Of a stretch of 64,000 nucleotides of DNA, positions 18,759 through 28,267 are shown in pieces. The notes beneath the pieces were generated by a model that had not been told where the DNA came from, did not search any database, and saw nothing but the letters and a program-made list of their open reading frames with translations. Source of the DNA: an uncultured Candidatus Saccharibacteria bacterium (GTDB taxonomy: Bacteria; Patescibacteriota; Saccharimonadia; Saccharimonadales; AWTP1-31); the NCBI GenBank assembly GCA_937903325.1, contig CALCZR010000058.1, positions 1,034 through 65,033 on the forward strand, given 5' to 3'. How positions within the stretch are numbered: the first letter of the stretch is position 1; each line of letters opens with the position of its first letter. The position numbers and the translations under genes are program-made.

Positions 18759-19592
18759 ATGGTGCGGTGGGGGAAGCTACAATGCTCTATGAAATCAACA
18801 GTATTCATCAATCAATCACAACTAAAGCTATTGCAATTCATTACTAAGTATCGGTTTGTAACAGCTCGACAGGTACAACAAAACTTTGGCTTCAAAAGTA
18901 GGACATCGGTAAACAACAAGTTAAAACGACTAGTGGCTACCGGCCTCATCGGTATGCAGTATGACAAGTCAAAAAAGCTATCAGGCGTTCCAGCTATTTA
19001 CTATGCAACACCGCAAGGTCTCCGCGAAGTTACCTCGCACCTTCCATATATCACTGAAGCAATTATTCGAGCTGCCTATAGTGATGCCGATGCTTCTGGC
19101 ACCTTGATAGAGAAAAGTGCTGAGATATTCAATATCGCCCAGCCCCTTCGTAACCAGTACCCGGATATGACAGTGCTTACGGCACGGCAAATAGGCGACC
19201 TAAGCTATTTTCCGCGGCCATTGCCTGATCTCTACCTTGCACACAAGCGTAGCGACACTACGCATAGGTACTTTGTGTATAACCTGCGAGACACAAAACG
19301 CTACGACATTGCTGTTCGTAGCACCATCACCAAACTCATGTCCTACCGTGAGTCCGAGACCTATGCAGAGTCGGGCAATGAGTTCCCAGCGATCCTGCTG
19401 GTCTGTCATTCAGCAGCCATCGAACGATTAGCCCAACGGGTCATGCAAAGTGCCTTAAACAAGTCGTATGAGTCTATACCGGTATATACGACGAGCTACC
19501 AAGCACTCGTTCAGCTTGAAGATACGAATCAACCCATATGGTCGAGCCTCAACGATCCCGACACTCTCATAACCCTTACAGAAACTGAGTAG
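18759..19592 (+). CDS. replication-relaxation (Replic_Relax, PF13814-like) family protein
   Basis: N-terminal wHTH pattern LKLLQFITKYRFVTARQVQQNFGF...KLKRLVATGLI...YYATPQGL, typical of this family. Alternative ATG at 18789. Confidence 0.65.
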   Translation: MVRWGKLQCSMKSTVFINQSQLKLLQFITKYRFVTARQVQQNFGFKSRTSVNNKLKRLVATGLIGMQYDKSKKLSGVPAIYYATPQGLREVTSHLPYITEAIIRAAYSDADASGTLIEKSAEIFNIAQPLRNQYPDMTVLTARQIGDLSYFPRPLPDLYLAHKRSDTTHRYFVYNLRDTKRYDIAVRSTITKLMSYRESETYAESGNEFPAILLVCHSAAIERLAQRVMQSALNKSYESIPVYTTSYQALVQLEDTNQPIWSSLNDPDTLITLTETE

Positions 19593-19619
19593 TTTTCTGT
19601 CGTACTCAGGACATGGCGC

Positions 19620-20096
19620 CTAGTTATGGCAGTCTACCTGCACAACCCAAAGGCCATCCCAATTTTCCAAGTACTGCGCAAGGCTCACCTGATTCGTTAT
19701 GGGGCTGCCATGGGTATCAAACAGATAGCACGCATTAGCATGATAGCCACTAGCTACACTAAACTGGTAGCGAGACAGATAATGCCCCTCAACCTGCTCA
19801 AACTTTTCATTAAAGATATCTTCGTCACTGTACACCTTACACATAAACAGAATGGTATCCATAGCCAAGCTAAACTCAGCTAATTGACCTCGCATAGCGT
19901 CCTCAACCAACGCTTGACCTTTCTTGGACTGGAGCTGTACCGGCTTCCAGCACTCCTCCCAACGACTATCATCTGCTTCGCTGCTGTACCAATCAAACTC
20001 GTGCTGTTCGATTAGCTGGTTCATCACGCATTCTGCGTGACTATTAGCTTCTTTGGCATCCTGTGCCTCAACAATAAATCGGATTAAGTAATGCAT
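19620..20096 (-). CDS. hypothetical acidic protein
   Basis: 158-codon ORF with an AGGAGAAA-type RBS. No family recognised. Confidence 0.5.
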   Translation of the reverse strand: MHYLIRFIVEAQDAKEANSHAECVMNQLIEQHEFDWYSSEADDSRWEECWKPVQLQSKKGQALVEDAMRGQLAEFSLAMDTILFMCKVYSDEDIFNEKFEQVEGHYLSRYQFSVASGYHANACYLFDTHGSPITNQVSLAQYLENWDGLWVVQVDCHN

Positions 20097-20162
20097 TTCG
20101 TTTCTCCTTATTAGTTAGGTTGTGGGTAGTTTTGCGTCATACCCAGGACTGATGAGCTAGGG

Positions 20163-20489
20163 CTAATACTCCTCAGCCAACATAACGGTTAAAACCTTGC
20201 GGCACTCATCACTAAGTGGGTCACAGTAGCCAGCAAAATCAAGACCGTAGTAATCTATCTTCCAAAACAGTTTGCGACCGTCTAGCTCAAAAGAACCGAA
20301 GTCATGCTCTCCGTACGGATCGTTGTCTTCAGTAAAAGCAGCAAACTCACGAACCTTGCTGATAACCTCGCTAATATTGCAGTTCTCCCACACGCCAGCC
20401 GTAATCGTAAACTCGGCTGGATTGTCAGTGCGGAACATGTCATTGTCCTCGGCAATGATTGCTGCCCGTTCTATTGTTGTAATGTCCAT
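20163..20489 (-). CDS. DUF3768 domain protein (plasmid/ICE-associated family)
   Basis: DNDPYGEHDFGSF and FWKIDYY motifs. ATG at 20489 preceded by AAGGAGGGG. Confidence 0.7.
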   Translation of the reverse strand: MDITTIERAAIIAEDNDMFRTDNPAEFTITAGVWENCNISEVISKVREFAAFTEDNDPYGEHDFGSFELDGRKLFWKIDYYGLDFAGYCDPLSDECRKVLTVMLAEEY

Positions 20490-20728
20490 TGGACCCCTCC
20501 TTGTTATATTCCTGAGAGGGCTATTCCTGCCTCTCTGGCAAGGAGAAACGGGGGGCACACCAAAAGAGTCAAGGTGGAGACTTGTACTACCTTGAGGCTT
20601 TTGGTTTACCCGTATACTAAAAAGACAGAGGAAGGAATCACCCTGTCATATCAAAAACAAAAGATAACGGTATACTAAAGCTAGAGAGGTTTGTGCCTTA
20701 CGCTTTTGCGAGAGGGCATAAGCCTCTT

Positions 20729-20944
20729 TTATTTTGAGTTTCGTTTGTATTCTCTGCGAGCCACATACACAACAACTCCAAGACCCACCAGAGCTAGTAC
20801 AAGAAGAAAGAGGTAGCCAAATTTTGGTATGCCATACGCAAAGTAGTGAAGACCAACTATTAAATGCGCCACTAGTAGTACTGTTATTACGAACGCTAGT
20901 GTATACGGAAGTGTTCTAAGCGCTGCTTTTGTGTTTTTCTTCAT
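20729..20944 (-). CDS. small membrane protein (two TM segments)
   Basis: 71 aa with two hydrophobic helices. 4-nt overlap with the upstream gene. Confidence 0.5.
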   Translation of the reverse strand: MKKNTKAALRTLPYTLAFVITVLLVAHLIVGLHYFAYGIPKFGYLFLLVLALVGLGVVVYVARREYKRNSK

Positions 20945-21420
20945 AAAAACCTTATGGTCTGCAAGACCCTACGTTTGTGTATATCGCTATCTGGAAACAT
21001 ATCTACAATAGTAATCTCATCAATGGCTACCGAGTCGCCAGTATGTAATCGAGCCTTCTTTTGTACGGTTGCATGAGCACGATATCCGTCCTTCATATAT
21101 TTCGGTTCATCGAAAGCTGCGCCTTCAGTCTCCAGTATGCCAACAAGCTTCTTGTGAAGTTCAAGCATATCTGGAGTCATAACCATGGCTGTAACCTGTA
21201 TATCCCGATTTGCTCCGAAGTATTCATCCGCACCGGCGACTAGTTCAAGGGCTTTTTGATCTCTCAGTTTATCGCCAATTACATCAGCTAACTCCTGCGC
21301 ATCATAGGGAACAGTAAAGTTAGCAACTAGTGTTATGTGCAATGGCCAATAGTTGTCGGCGATAAATTCGTCTCCCTCGTGCACGGGCTCTAGGAATTTA
21401 ACGAGTACGTATTTTTGCAT
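20941..21420 (-). CDS. 2H phosphoesterase superfamily protein (LigT / 2'-5' RNA ligase-like)
   Basis: Two HxT/S motifs (PLHITLV and RAHATVQ) at the spacing typical of 2H enzymes. Confidence 0.6.
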   Translation of the reverse strand: MQKYVLVKFLEPVHEGDEFIADNYWPLHITLVANFTVPYDAQELADVIGDKLRDQKALELVAGADEYFGANRDIQVTAMVMTPDMLELHKKLVGILETEGAAFDEPKYMKDGYRAHATVQKKARLHTGDSVAIDEITIVDMFPDSDIHKRRVLQTIRFL

Positions 21421-21429
21421 GTGTTAGCC

Positions 21430-22890
21430 TTATGATTTAGCTCCTGCTAACCGAAGTGCGGTAATCCCAGAAAGTAGCTGTAGGTCTCGCAAGCTTTCGT
21501 CACCACCCTCCCATATAGGGGTTGCCGCAGCATTAAGCCAGAACCCAGCCATCCAGTGAAATGCATCAGGATCTACTCTTTCAATAAGCTCAGCAGGAAC
21601 ATCAAAACCGGACTTTTGGATGTGCGTTAGCGTGGCAGCCAAATCAATATCTCTATCCCCGTATTGTGCCCAATTCCAGTCGACTAATCGAACTTGGCCG
21701 GTCTCTGGATTCCAGGCACAGTTGTCGGCTCTGAGATCGTAATGTACGAGTGTATCGTCAGCAAATTTATATTTGCTGGCTTTATCTGTATCGGCAGTAA
21801 AATCAATACCTTGTGCGATATCGTCCGCACCTACTCCATGGAGTTTATGTCTTAATACTTCTTGCATCTCGGGAGACTCTAAGAGAGGTCGCCAACCGTC
21901 CTCATCCTGGCTGATGCTACTTTTAATAAATATGGTACGTTCAGCATCACTGAGCTTTAATGCAGCCAAGTCGTCCATAGCCTTAAGCGTGGCTGCTAAT
22001 CGTTCCGCAGTCCAGTTATCTTGCCAATCCCAACCATTTTCGGGGCTAAAGGCTTCAAGGGCAAAGGCTGAGTTGTCGGCATTTGTAGCAACAAGGTGCG
22101 GACTGTGTTCGAATCCATGAGCCTCTAAAGCCTTATACACGGCGACTTCTTTTCGTGCCCACATGCGAGTATTCTCCGCCGTGCCAACTTTTACAAACAC
22201 TTCTTTGCCGTCCGGTAGGGCTACGAGGCCACGCTGCGCCTGGCTAAAACCGCCCTCAACATCCTTGAGATGTGGCAACTGTTGTTCGACAGCTTGCCAG
22301 TCGTCACTAGAATCACCGTCTGCTTTCAACACCATCTCAATCTCCGGAATCTCCACAACACCACGCTCACGAGCATCTAAGTCCTCAATAGCTTTTCCGG
22401 TTTTCTCGAAACCATTCTTTTCGTAGAAGCCGATGGCGTTGTCGTTGTAGCTGGCTACATGTAAGTAGATATCCTCATCTCGGCCATGCCAATCAATAGC
22501 TTTATCTAACAGCTTGCGGCCTAGACCTTTGCCCTGAGCTTCCGGTAGTACGTAAATAGCACCAATTCTGCGTTGTCCGTCCATAATGCCTGGAGCAACA
22601 AAGCCCATTACTTTGCCCTCGTCTTTGGCAACAAAGATTGCACGATTTTCGCCACTGGTCTCAATGCCCTTACGCCACCATGCTATTTTGTCGGCAACTA
22701 ACTCACCGTGTTCGCCCTCTACACGATTGCGTACATCCTGTTCGGTAATGCCAGCTTCTTCGTTTGGGTAGGTATCAATCCAGGTTTGACGTTGTACCTC
22801 AAATACACCTGCTGCATCTTCTGGTGTAGCTGGTTGAACTTCGAGTGTTGGAGTGGGTTGCTCTGGCTTGGGGAGGGGTTGTTCGCTCAT
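21430..22890 (-). CDS. fusion protein: N-terminal GNAT acetyltransferase plus C-terminal aminoglycoside-phosphotransferase-like kinase
   Basis: GNAT motif A RRIGAIYVLPEAQGKGLGRKLL. Kinase catalytic loop VHYDLRADN and VDWNWAQYGDRDIDLA. Confidence 0.75.
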   Translation of the reverse strand: MSEQPLPKPEQPTPTLEVQPATPEDAAGVFEVQRQTWIDTYPNEEAGITEQDVRNRVEGEHGELVADKIAWWRKGIETSGENRAIFVAKDEGKVMGFVAPGIMDGQRRIGAIYVLPEAQGKGLGRKLLDKAIDWHGRDEDIYLHVASYNDNAIGFYEKNGFEKTGKAIEDLDARERGVVEIPEIEMVLKADGDSSDDWQAVEQQLPHLKDVEGGFSQAQRGLVALPDGKEVFVKVGTAENTRMWARKEVAVYKALEAHGFEHSPHLVATNADNSAFALEAFSPENGWDWQDNWTAERLAATLKAMDDLAALKLSDAERTIFIKSSISQDEDGWRPLLESPEMQEVLRHKLHGVGADDIAQGIDFTADTDKASKYKFADDTLVHYDLRADNCAWNPETGQVRLVDWNWAQYGDRDIDLAATLTHIQKSGFDVPAELIERVDPDAFHWMAGFWLNAAATPIWEGGDESLRDLQLLSGITALRLAGAKS

Positions 22891-22962
22891 AGGGTTATTT
22901 TATCAGTAAGTTTTGTTTTGTGGGTCAGTTTCGACGTAGGATCAACTAAGAGGGTAATCGCT

Positions 22963-23529
22963 TTACCTAGATTTAAAGGCGGAAAACTGTGGGCTAATTG
23001 GAGTGGTGCCCGAGAAATCTACCGAGCCATGCCACACATCGGCAGTTTCATTATCCAGTTCGTACAGAATGCCATCTGCCAGATCTAAGGCAACGCCTCT
23101 GATCTCACGACCTTCTGTGTTGCGGTCTATGGCAATACTGGCAGGTGCGTACCTAGATAGTTCTTCGGCAATGGTATCTGAAGATGGCCACTTGACTTCG
23201 TCCTGACTTTGCTGTGTTTGGACGATCTGGACAGTGGCGGCCTCAAAGCCGTCACCAAATTGTCTGACTAGTCGTTCGATATCAAAGTCTAGCATGCGTG
23301 TATGTGACAGGTGCGCTAGTAAACCCCTCCCAGACTCACGAGAATGCACAGCAATAGCCTTACAGGTGAATAGCCCCATGGTTGCCACATACGGTAGTTC
23401 CGGCGAATAATCTGCCACTACAAAGTCACCTTCACGCACAGCATGAAAGTTGATTTTTCTATCCATCGGTCGGGTAGAAAAGGTATTAAATTCACCAGAT
23501 GACATGAGAGCTATTATAACACTATACAA
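22963..23529 (-). CDS. hypothetical protein (start uncertain)
   Basis: 188-codon ORF with a TTG start; internal ATG at 23505. The GLFTCKAIAV...GLLAHL segment weakly recalls Cys/His amidohydrolases such as CheD. Not verified. Confidence 0.4.
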   Translation of the reverse strand: MYSVIIALMSSGEFNTFSTRPMDRKINFHAVREGDFVVADYSPELPYVATMGLFTCKAIAVHSRESGRGLLAHLSHTRMLDFDIERLVRQFGDGFEAATVQIVQTQQSQDEVKWPSSDTIAEELSRYAPASIAIDRNTEGREIRGVALDLADGILYELDNETADVWHGSVDFSGTTPISPQFSAFKSR

Positions 23530-23624
23530 CGCTTATGTAAATCACTATATTTGACAATCTGGTATTGTATATGTCCTAATAATCTGGTACTATGTGTGTG
23601 GATTGGGGTGTCCCCAATCGGCAT

Positions 23625-23655
23625 AAGGTCTCCTTTTCGGAGGCTTTTTGTTTTT
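23625..23655 (+). terminator. orphan plus-strand intrinsic terminator
   Basis: 9-bp stem (AAGGTCTCC / GGAGGCTTT, two G:U pairs), 5-nt loop, then TTTTTGTTTTT. There is no plus-strand gene upstream. Confidence 0.5.
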
Positions 23656-23682
23656 ATATACGCCGCCTTAATCCTATTTCTG

Positions 23683-24403
23683 CTACTTAGGAAAGATCTT
23701 AATTCCGTAGCCTATGAAACCTCGTGGGCCACTACGTATTTTGCTACGGATAACATCAAAAGCGATGTTGGGTTCATTGTTATTAATAACATGCCGAGCA
23801 ATCGGGTAAGCACAAAGATCTGCGATCTGTAGGCCACAGTCATTATCTCGCTTAAGCTTAACTTCTAATTCCTGGTCGTAGATATGGATGAGTCGTGCCG
23901 TGTCTATCTGGCTGGTGCCACGATAGAGGAGTTCGTTATAGCGTTTGGCAAGTTGGGCATCTTCACGCTTACCACGTCCTTCAATAATGACATGAATATT
24001 GTCAGCATCTCGTTTGTCATCAGCTTCAAAGACAGTGCGTTCGAGGACGAAGGTCAGAGCAATCTCGTACGGATCATCGGCAAGTTTACCGTAGGTTTGG
24101 ATATGCTTTTCTTTATCTATGGCTGAGGCAATAATGGTGTAGTCCATGTCGGACAAAATGCTATTCAGCTCTTGGTAGAACCGTTTCTTAACTTCGGCAT
24201 CAAAGAAGATCTCAAAGCCACGTTCGTACTTGCGCATGTCTCGACGATGCAAGATGACATCTTGAGTTGTGAAGTACTTGTGCTTGAGAGCAGCTATCTT
24301 CTGAAAACAGCACACCGGTTAGCACAAACACCGGAAAGTTAGGGTCAATCTTCCGAAGCCCATGGTTACCAGATTCATCCAAGAATAATAGGTAGTTGCT
24401 CAC
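23683..24403 (-). pseudogene. DUF3800 family gene split by a frameshift
   Basis: The N-terminal fragment (24212..24403, MSNYLLFLDESGNHG) and the C-terminal fragment (23683..24315) overlap in different frames. The switch lies near the T4 run at about 24300. Confidence 0.6.
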
Positions 24404-24492
24404 AGATCAATTGTAATACCTTACCAGTGGGTTTCAAAAGACGAACGCCGAGTAAGATAATCTAGGCAAACAGAGGTGCTATACTTAGTATC

Positions 24493-25179
24493 ATGAAATT
24501 AGTCCTTGCTTCTCAAGGTTTTACTACTCCTGAGATAGCTAATGCTGTTGCTCGTCTCGCAGGAAAACCGTTTGATAAGCTTCGTGTAGCTGTTATCAAC
24601 GAAGCCTACGTGGGTATTACGGCAGGTCGGCATGAAGGCTGGCTGATCAACGAACTTTCTCAAATTACCCAGTATGCTAATACCGTATCTTTTGTAAATC
24701 TCAGAGCATACGAGCTTGATGAGGTTAAAAAACGGCTTGAATTTGCTGACCTTATTTACATTGTTGGCGGTGCACAACTTGTACTGCCACAGTTATTCCG
24801 TGCAACTGGCTTTGACAAACTACTGACAGAACTCGCCGAAACTAAAGTGATTATGGGTACATCAGCCGGGGCTAACATTCTTGGCAAGCAAATTGAAGAT
24901 GCAGATTACTGGCAAGACCAGTATGGTTCTTCGGAAGAATATCTAGCCAATCCATTCCTTGGCCTTGCTCCTTTTAATATTTTGCCGCATTTTGAACGCG
25001 AAGATCACCCAGACAGAACAACCGTAAAACTCACACCACTGCTTAAAGATCATCCTTTCAAACTGTACGGTGTCACCGATACTCAAGCCGTTATATTGAA
25101 CGAAGACGCGGTTGAATTTGTTGGCGGCGAACCAGCCGAGTTTGGAGTCTCGCCAAAGGCCAGTGAAGTTAAGGGCTAA
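24493..25179 (+). CDS. peptidase S51 / type 1 glutamine amidotransferase-like protein (peptidase E family)
   Basis: IYIVGGAQLVL and MGTSAGANIL (nucleophile Ser) motifs. Confidence 0.7.
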   Translation: MKLVLASQGFTTPEIANAVARLAGKPFDKLRVAVINEAYVGITAGRHEGWLINELSQITQYANTVSFVNLRAYELDEVKKRLEFADLIYIVGGAQLVLPQLFRATGFDKLLTELAETKVIMGTSAGANILGKQIEDADYWQDQYGSSEEYLANPFLGLAPFNILPHFEREDHPDRTTVKLTPLLKDHPFKLYGVTDTQAVILNEDAVEFVGGEPAEFGVSPKASEVKG

Positions 25180-25187
25180 TCACGAAC

Positions 25188-26051
25188 ATGGAATCAGAAA
25201 ATATAGCACCAGAAACAGAAGCATCCTTCCTAGGACGACCTCTCGTCGTTGATAACCAGCAATTCCTTACTGACTTACCAGACGATGTTGAGCCATTTAC
25301 ACCCGATACTTTGGATGCTACAACAGACCCTCTTAACCCTAAAGACCTCGATAAACTTCAGCCTGGAGCCTACACCATCTACTTTGCTGGGGATGATCAA
25401 GTTGAGCCGTACGTGCCTGCTCGATCGATCATTATGCGCAATGGGCCAAAAGGTTTAGTGGTAGATAGCGAATCTTTTGCACCTACTTTTGATGGTAACC
25501 CAGCAGGATGGGTGTTTCCTACCGGCAGCGAGGGGTTATTGCAGGCTCTCGGCTATGAGTTTGCCGACGATGAGTCCGGTCTGTATATTTCTGGTGCACC
25601 AACGCCCGAAACACTTCGCAAGGCTGCTGCAGAATATGGTGTTGAGGTCGTGTTCTTTGATGAAAAAGAGATTCGCTCACCAGAGTATCTGACTGCAATC
25701 AGTGAAGGTAAATATCCTGTGTCATATGACTACTACGACCATGACATTGGCGACGATCATATCACAGCTTTTCTACTCGGAGGTAAGCTATTGAAGGACA
25801 GCCTAAGCCGTGTGGCTCAGGATGCCCTGAAACTGGAGCGAACAGAACAAGATCGAATCACGGCAGAAATAGATACCTTTACAGGATTGTTCCGTCTTAC
25901 TATTGCTACAGGTGTTGATGCTCCTATGTCATCGGGCGGCAAATCTGGTCGTCAATGGACGCATGAATCAGGACGGCGGCTTGGTCTTACTGAAACTGAA
26001 ATCGAAGACATGCTGCACGCTGGCGTTACAAATGCGGAGCAATTCAAATAA
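25188..26051 (+). CDS. hypothetical acidic protein
   Basis: 287-codon ORF, 8 nt after the previous stop. No family recognised. Confidence 0.5.
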   Translation: MESENIAPETEASFLGRPLVVDNQQFLTDLPDDVEPFTPDTLDATTDPLNPKDLDKLQPGAYTIYFAGDDQVEPYVPARSIIMRNGPKGLVVDSESFAPTFDGNPAGWVFPTGSEGLLQALGYEFADDESGLYISGAPTPETLRKAAAEYGVEVVFFDEKEIRSPEYLTAISEGKYPVSYDYYDHDIGDDHITAFLLGGKLLKDSLSRVAQDALKLERTEQDRITAEIDTFTGLFRLTIATGVDAPMSSGGKSGRQWTHESGRRLGLTETEIEDMLHAGVTNAEQFK

Positions 26052-26133
26052 TCTTATCCAATTTAGCTTTGTAACGGAATTAATTGATCTGCGAACATAA
26101 GAGACGTTCTTGTATTCAAAAGAAGCTACTGGC

Positions 26134-27018
26134 TTACTTCTTCGCAAATGCGAGTAGTAATATGCCGAGGATGGCTAGCAAGAAACCGCCTACGATTCGT
26201 ATCCAGTGTCTCTTGGCATCAATTTCTTTAAACAAGAAGATCCCGATTGCCACTGTCCAGACGGCGTTGAGTTGGATAATCGTAAAGCCAATTGAAGCAG
26301 GCACGTAGCGGTAAGCTTGAAGCATAAAGAAACTTGCACCAAGATACAATACGCCAGCGCCAAGTCCTAGAGCGAGGTTGCGAGTATCAATGGTTTTTAG
26401 CTTTTTAAGCATTCCTTTTTGACTCGCAATATACATCAGCAAACTAAGAGCAATTGCCGCACTCCACACTACTTGCTGGGAATATACGCCGACTTCTGTT
26501 GTGACATGCTTGTTAATGACCGTAACCAGACCAAATGCTACACCCGAAAGAGTCGCTAAGTAGATGCCGCCCAAATTTGCTTTTGCTTCTTCCTTTGACC
26601 CAGAAATAGTAAAGGCTATAGCCGACAAGAACACGGCAATACCAGCGAGCAATGCAAACACTGGTCTTGTCTTGGCATACTCACCTAAGATAATGAAACT
26701 TAAAACTACCGCTACTGGACCTTGCAAGTTCTTCCACTGGTTTGACCGCGCCAAGCCAACCTTGTCGATAGACTTAACAAAAGCAACAAAGCCAGTTGCC
26801 CAGATGGCACCCGCCAGCACTGACCAGAGTAACTGAATATTTACTGGTTCATGAAAACCGAGGAGTGGTTTAAACAGATATAAAATAACTGAACTGATGA
26901 AAAAACCTGTCCCCATAAGTAGGCTAAAGAATACCGCTGGCTGGTTAGAAAGCTTGCGAGGAATGACGTACAGACTAAAGAAGATGGAGCTGACAAATGC
27001 TAGTAGGTAGCCGGTCAT
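26134..27018 (-). CDS. DMT-superfamily sugar transporter (GRP/GlcU-like)
   Basis: About 10 TM segments in two homologous halves. Length and pattern resemble glucose/ribose uptake proteins. Confidence 0.55.
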   Translation of the reverse strand: MTGYLLAFVSSIFFSLYVIPRKLSNQPAVFFSLLMGTGFFISSVILYLFKPLLGFHEPVNIQLLWSVLAGAIWATGFVAFVKSIDKVGLARSNQWKNLQGPVAVVLSFIILGEYAKTRPVFALLAGIAVFLSAIAFTISGSKEEAKANLGGIYLATLSGVAFGLVTVINKHVTTEVGVYSQQVVWSAAIALSLLMYIASQKGMLKKLKTIDTRNLALGLGAGVLYLGASFFMLQAYRYVPASIGFTIIQLNAVWTVAIGIFLFKEIDAKRHWIRIVGGFLLAILGILLLAFAKK

Positions 27019-27536
27019 TTAGCTTCTCCCGAAAAATTAAGCGACTCACCCTTAAGTAATGCAAACCCTTTATAGATTGCTTTTACTTCATCATCTTCGA
27101 GGTCTTTTTCACTTACAAAAGTTTGTGGCAGTTCTTTCTCGGTAAACCAACCACATAAACTGTGATCTTCGGGATTCATAACCGGTTCTGAATCTGCATC
27201 TGCTAGCTGGGCAAAATAGATAACTTCAATAGAGTGCGAGCCTTTAATCTCATTCTGGTAGGTAAACACTGCGAAAGGGTCACCAAGACGTACTTGTACG
27301 CTAAACTCTTCTTGAATCTCACGGATTAGCCCATCAGTTACTTGTTCACCAAAGTCTATATGGCCACCAGGTAACTCGTATACACCGGGCAAAAACTTCT
27401 TGGTATCGGCACGCTTGGCCATGAAGACCTTGTGCACCCCATCTATCTTGCGATGAATAAATGCACAGGCCGTTATAACTTGTTGGCCTGGCGTTGGGGC
27501 AGCACTGTCTTGAGTTGCGTTAGGATGACTGGTCAT
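27015..27536 (-). CDS. NUDIX hydrolase
   Basis: Nudix box GGHIDFGEQVTDGLIREIQEEFSV. Confidence 0.85.
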   Translation of the reverse strand: MTSHPNATQDSAAPTPGQQVITACAFIHRKIDGVHKVFMAKRADTKKFLPGVYELPGGHIDFGEQVTDGLIREIQEEFSVQVRLGDPFAVFTYQNEIKGSHSIEVIYFAQLADADSEPVMNPEDHSLCGWFTEKELPQTFVSEKDLEDDEVKAIYKGFALLKGESLNFSGEAK

Positions 27537-28267
27537 AATTGGATTTCCACTAATACCGGTAAGTGATCTGATACATCTGTAGATAGCGTCTGTGCAGATA
27601 CAACTTCTATATCTTGTGACCCAAATACATAGTCTAGACGATAATCGAGTTCGTTGACCTCAAAGCCGTTGTACGAGAATGGCTTAGTCGTCCAAGTATT
27701 TTGGTCGTAGTCTGGACCGAGATTTACAACACACTCTTGAATACGACGAATAACTTCGGAATTAGGCTGGGCGTTAAAATCTCCGGTCAAGATAAAATTG
27801 CTCTTGTTGTTACTGATCGCTTTCACTAAAGCATCGGTTTCTTGCAGCTTTCGCTCAGATGGTTCAAACGCATGAGTGTATGACATATGTACCGTACCAA
27901 CTGTCAGCTTAACGTTGGCTACATCTATCACTGCCTCTACATACGCTCTATTTTCATCATCGTAATTGCCCGAACCCTGCTCCTGATTCACCCAGACTGT
28001 TCGAGTACTGGTAATTGGATGTTTGCTAAATATTGCATTAGCCAACTTGAGCTCCTTGCCTGCAAATGCTATTTCCTGAAAGTGAACGTGGTAGCCAAGT
28101 TGCTCGGCAATAAAGTTTGGCGTATGAATGTGCTGCTGTGTGTCAAAGTTGATAGTCAGCTCTTGCAAGCAGATAATATCGGCCTTGTGGGCCTTCAGGA
28201 ATACGGCAATTTTGTTAATATCCTCAAGATACCAACTGTTCCACTGGAGTATTGAGACTTTAGACAC
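27533..28267 (-). CDS. endonuclease/exonuclease/phosphatase (EEP) family protein
   Basis: ICLQE near the N terminus, GDFN, and a C-terminal SDHLPV motif. Confidence 0.8.
   Translation of the reverse strand: MSKVSILQWNSWYLEDINKIAVFLKAHKADIICLQELTINFDTQQHIHTPNFIAEQLGYHVHFQEIAFAGKELKLANAIFSKHPITSTRTVWVNQEQGSGNYDDENRAYVEAVIDVANVKLTVGTVHMSYTHAFEPSERKLQETDALVKAISNNKSNFILTGDFNAQPNSEVIRRIQECVVNLGPDYDQNTWTTKPFSYNGFEVNELDYRLDYVFGSQDIEVVSAQTLSTDVSDHLPVLVEIQL

Noticed and set aside
23551-23832. A 93-aa plus-strand ORF in the 23.5-23.8 kb region.
   Set aside because: It has a TTG start with no RBS and a Cys/Leu/Phe-rich implausible sequence. It runs antisense into the DUF3800 gene and spans a terminator. 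The region more likely holds a small RNA.
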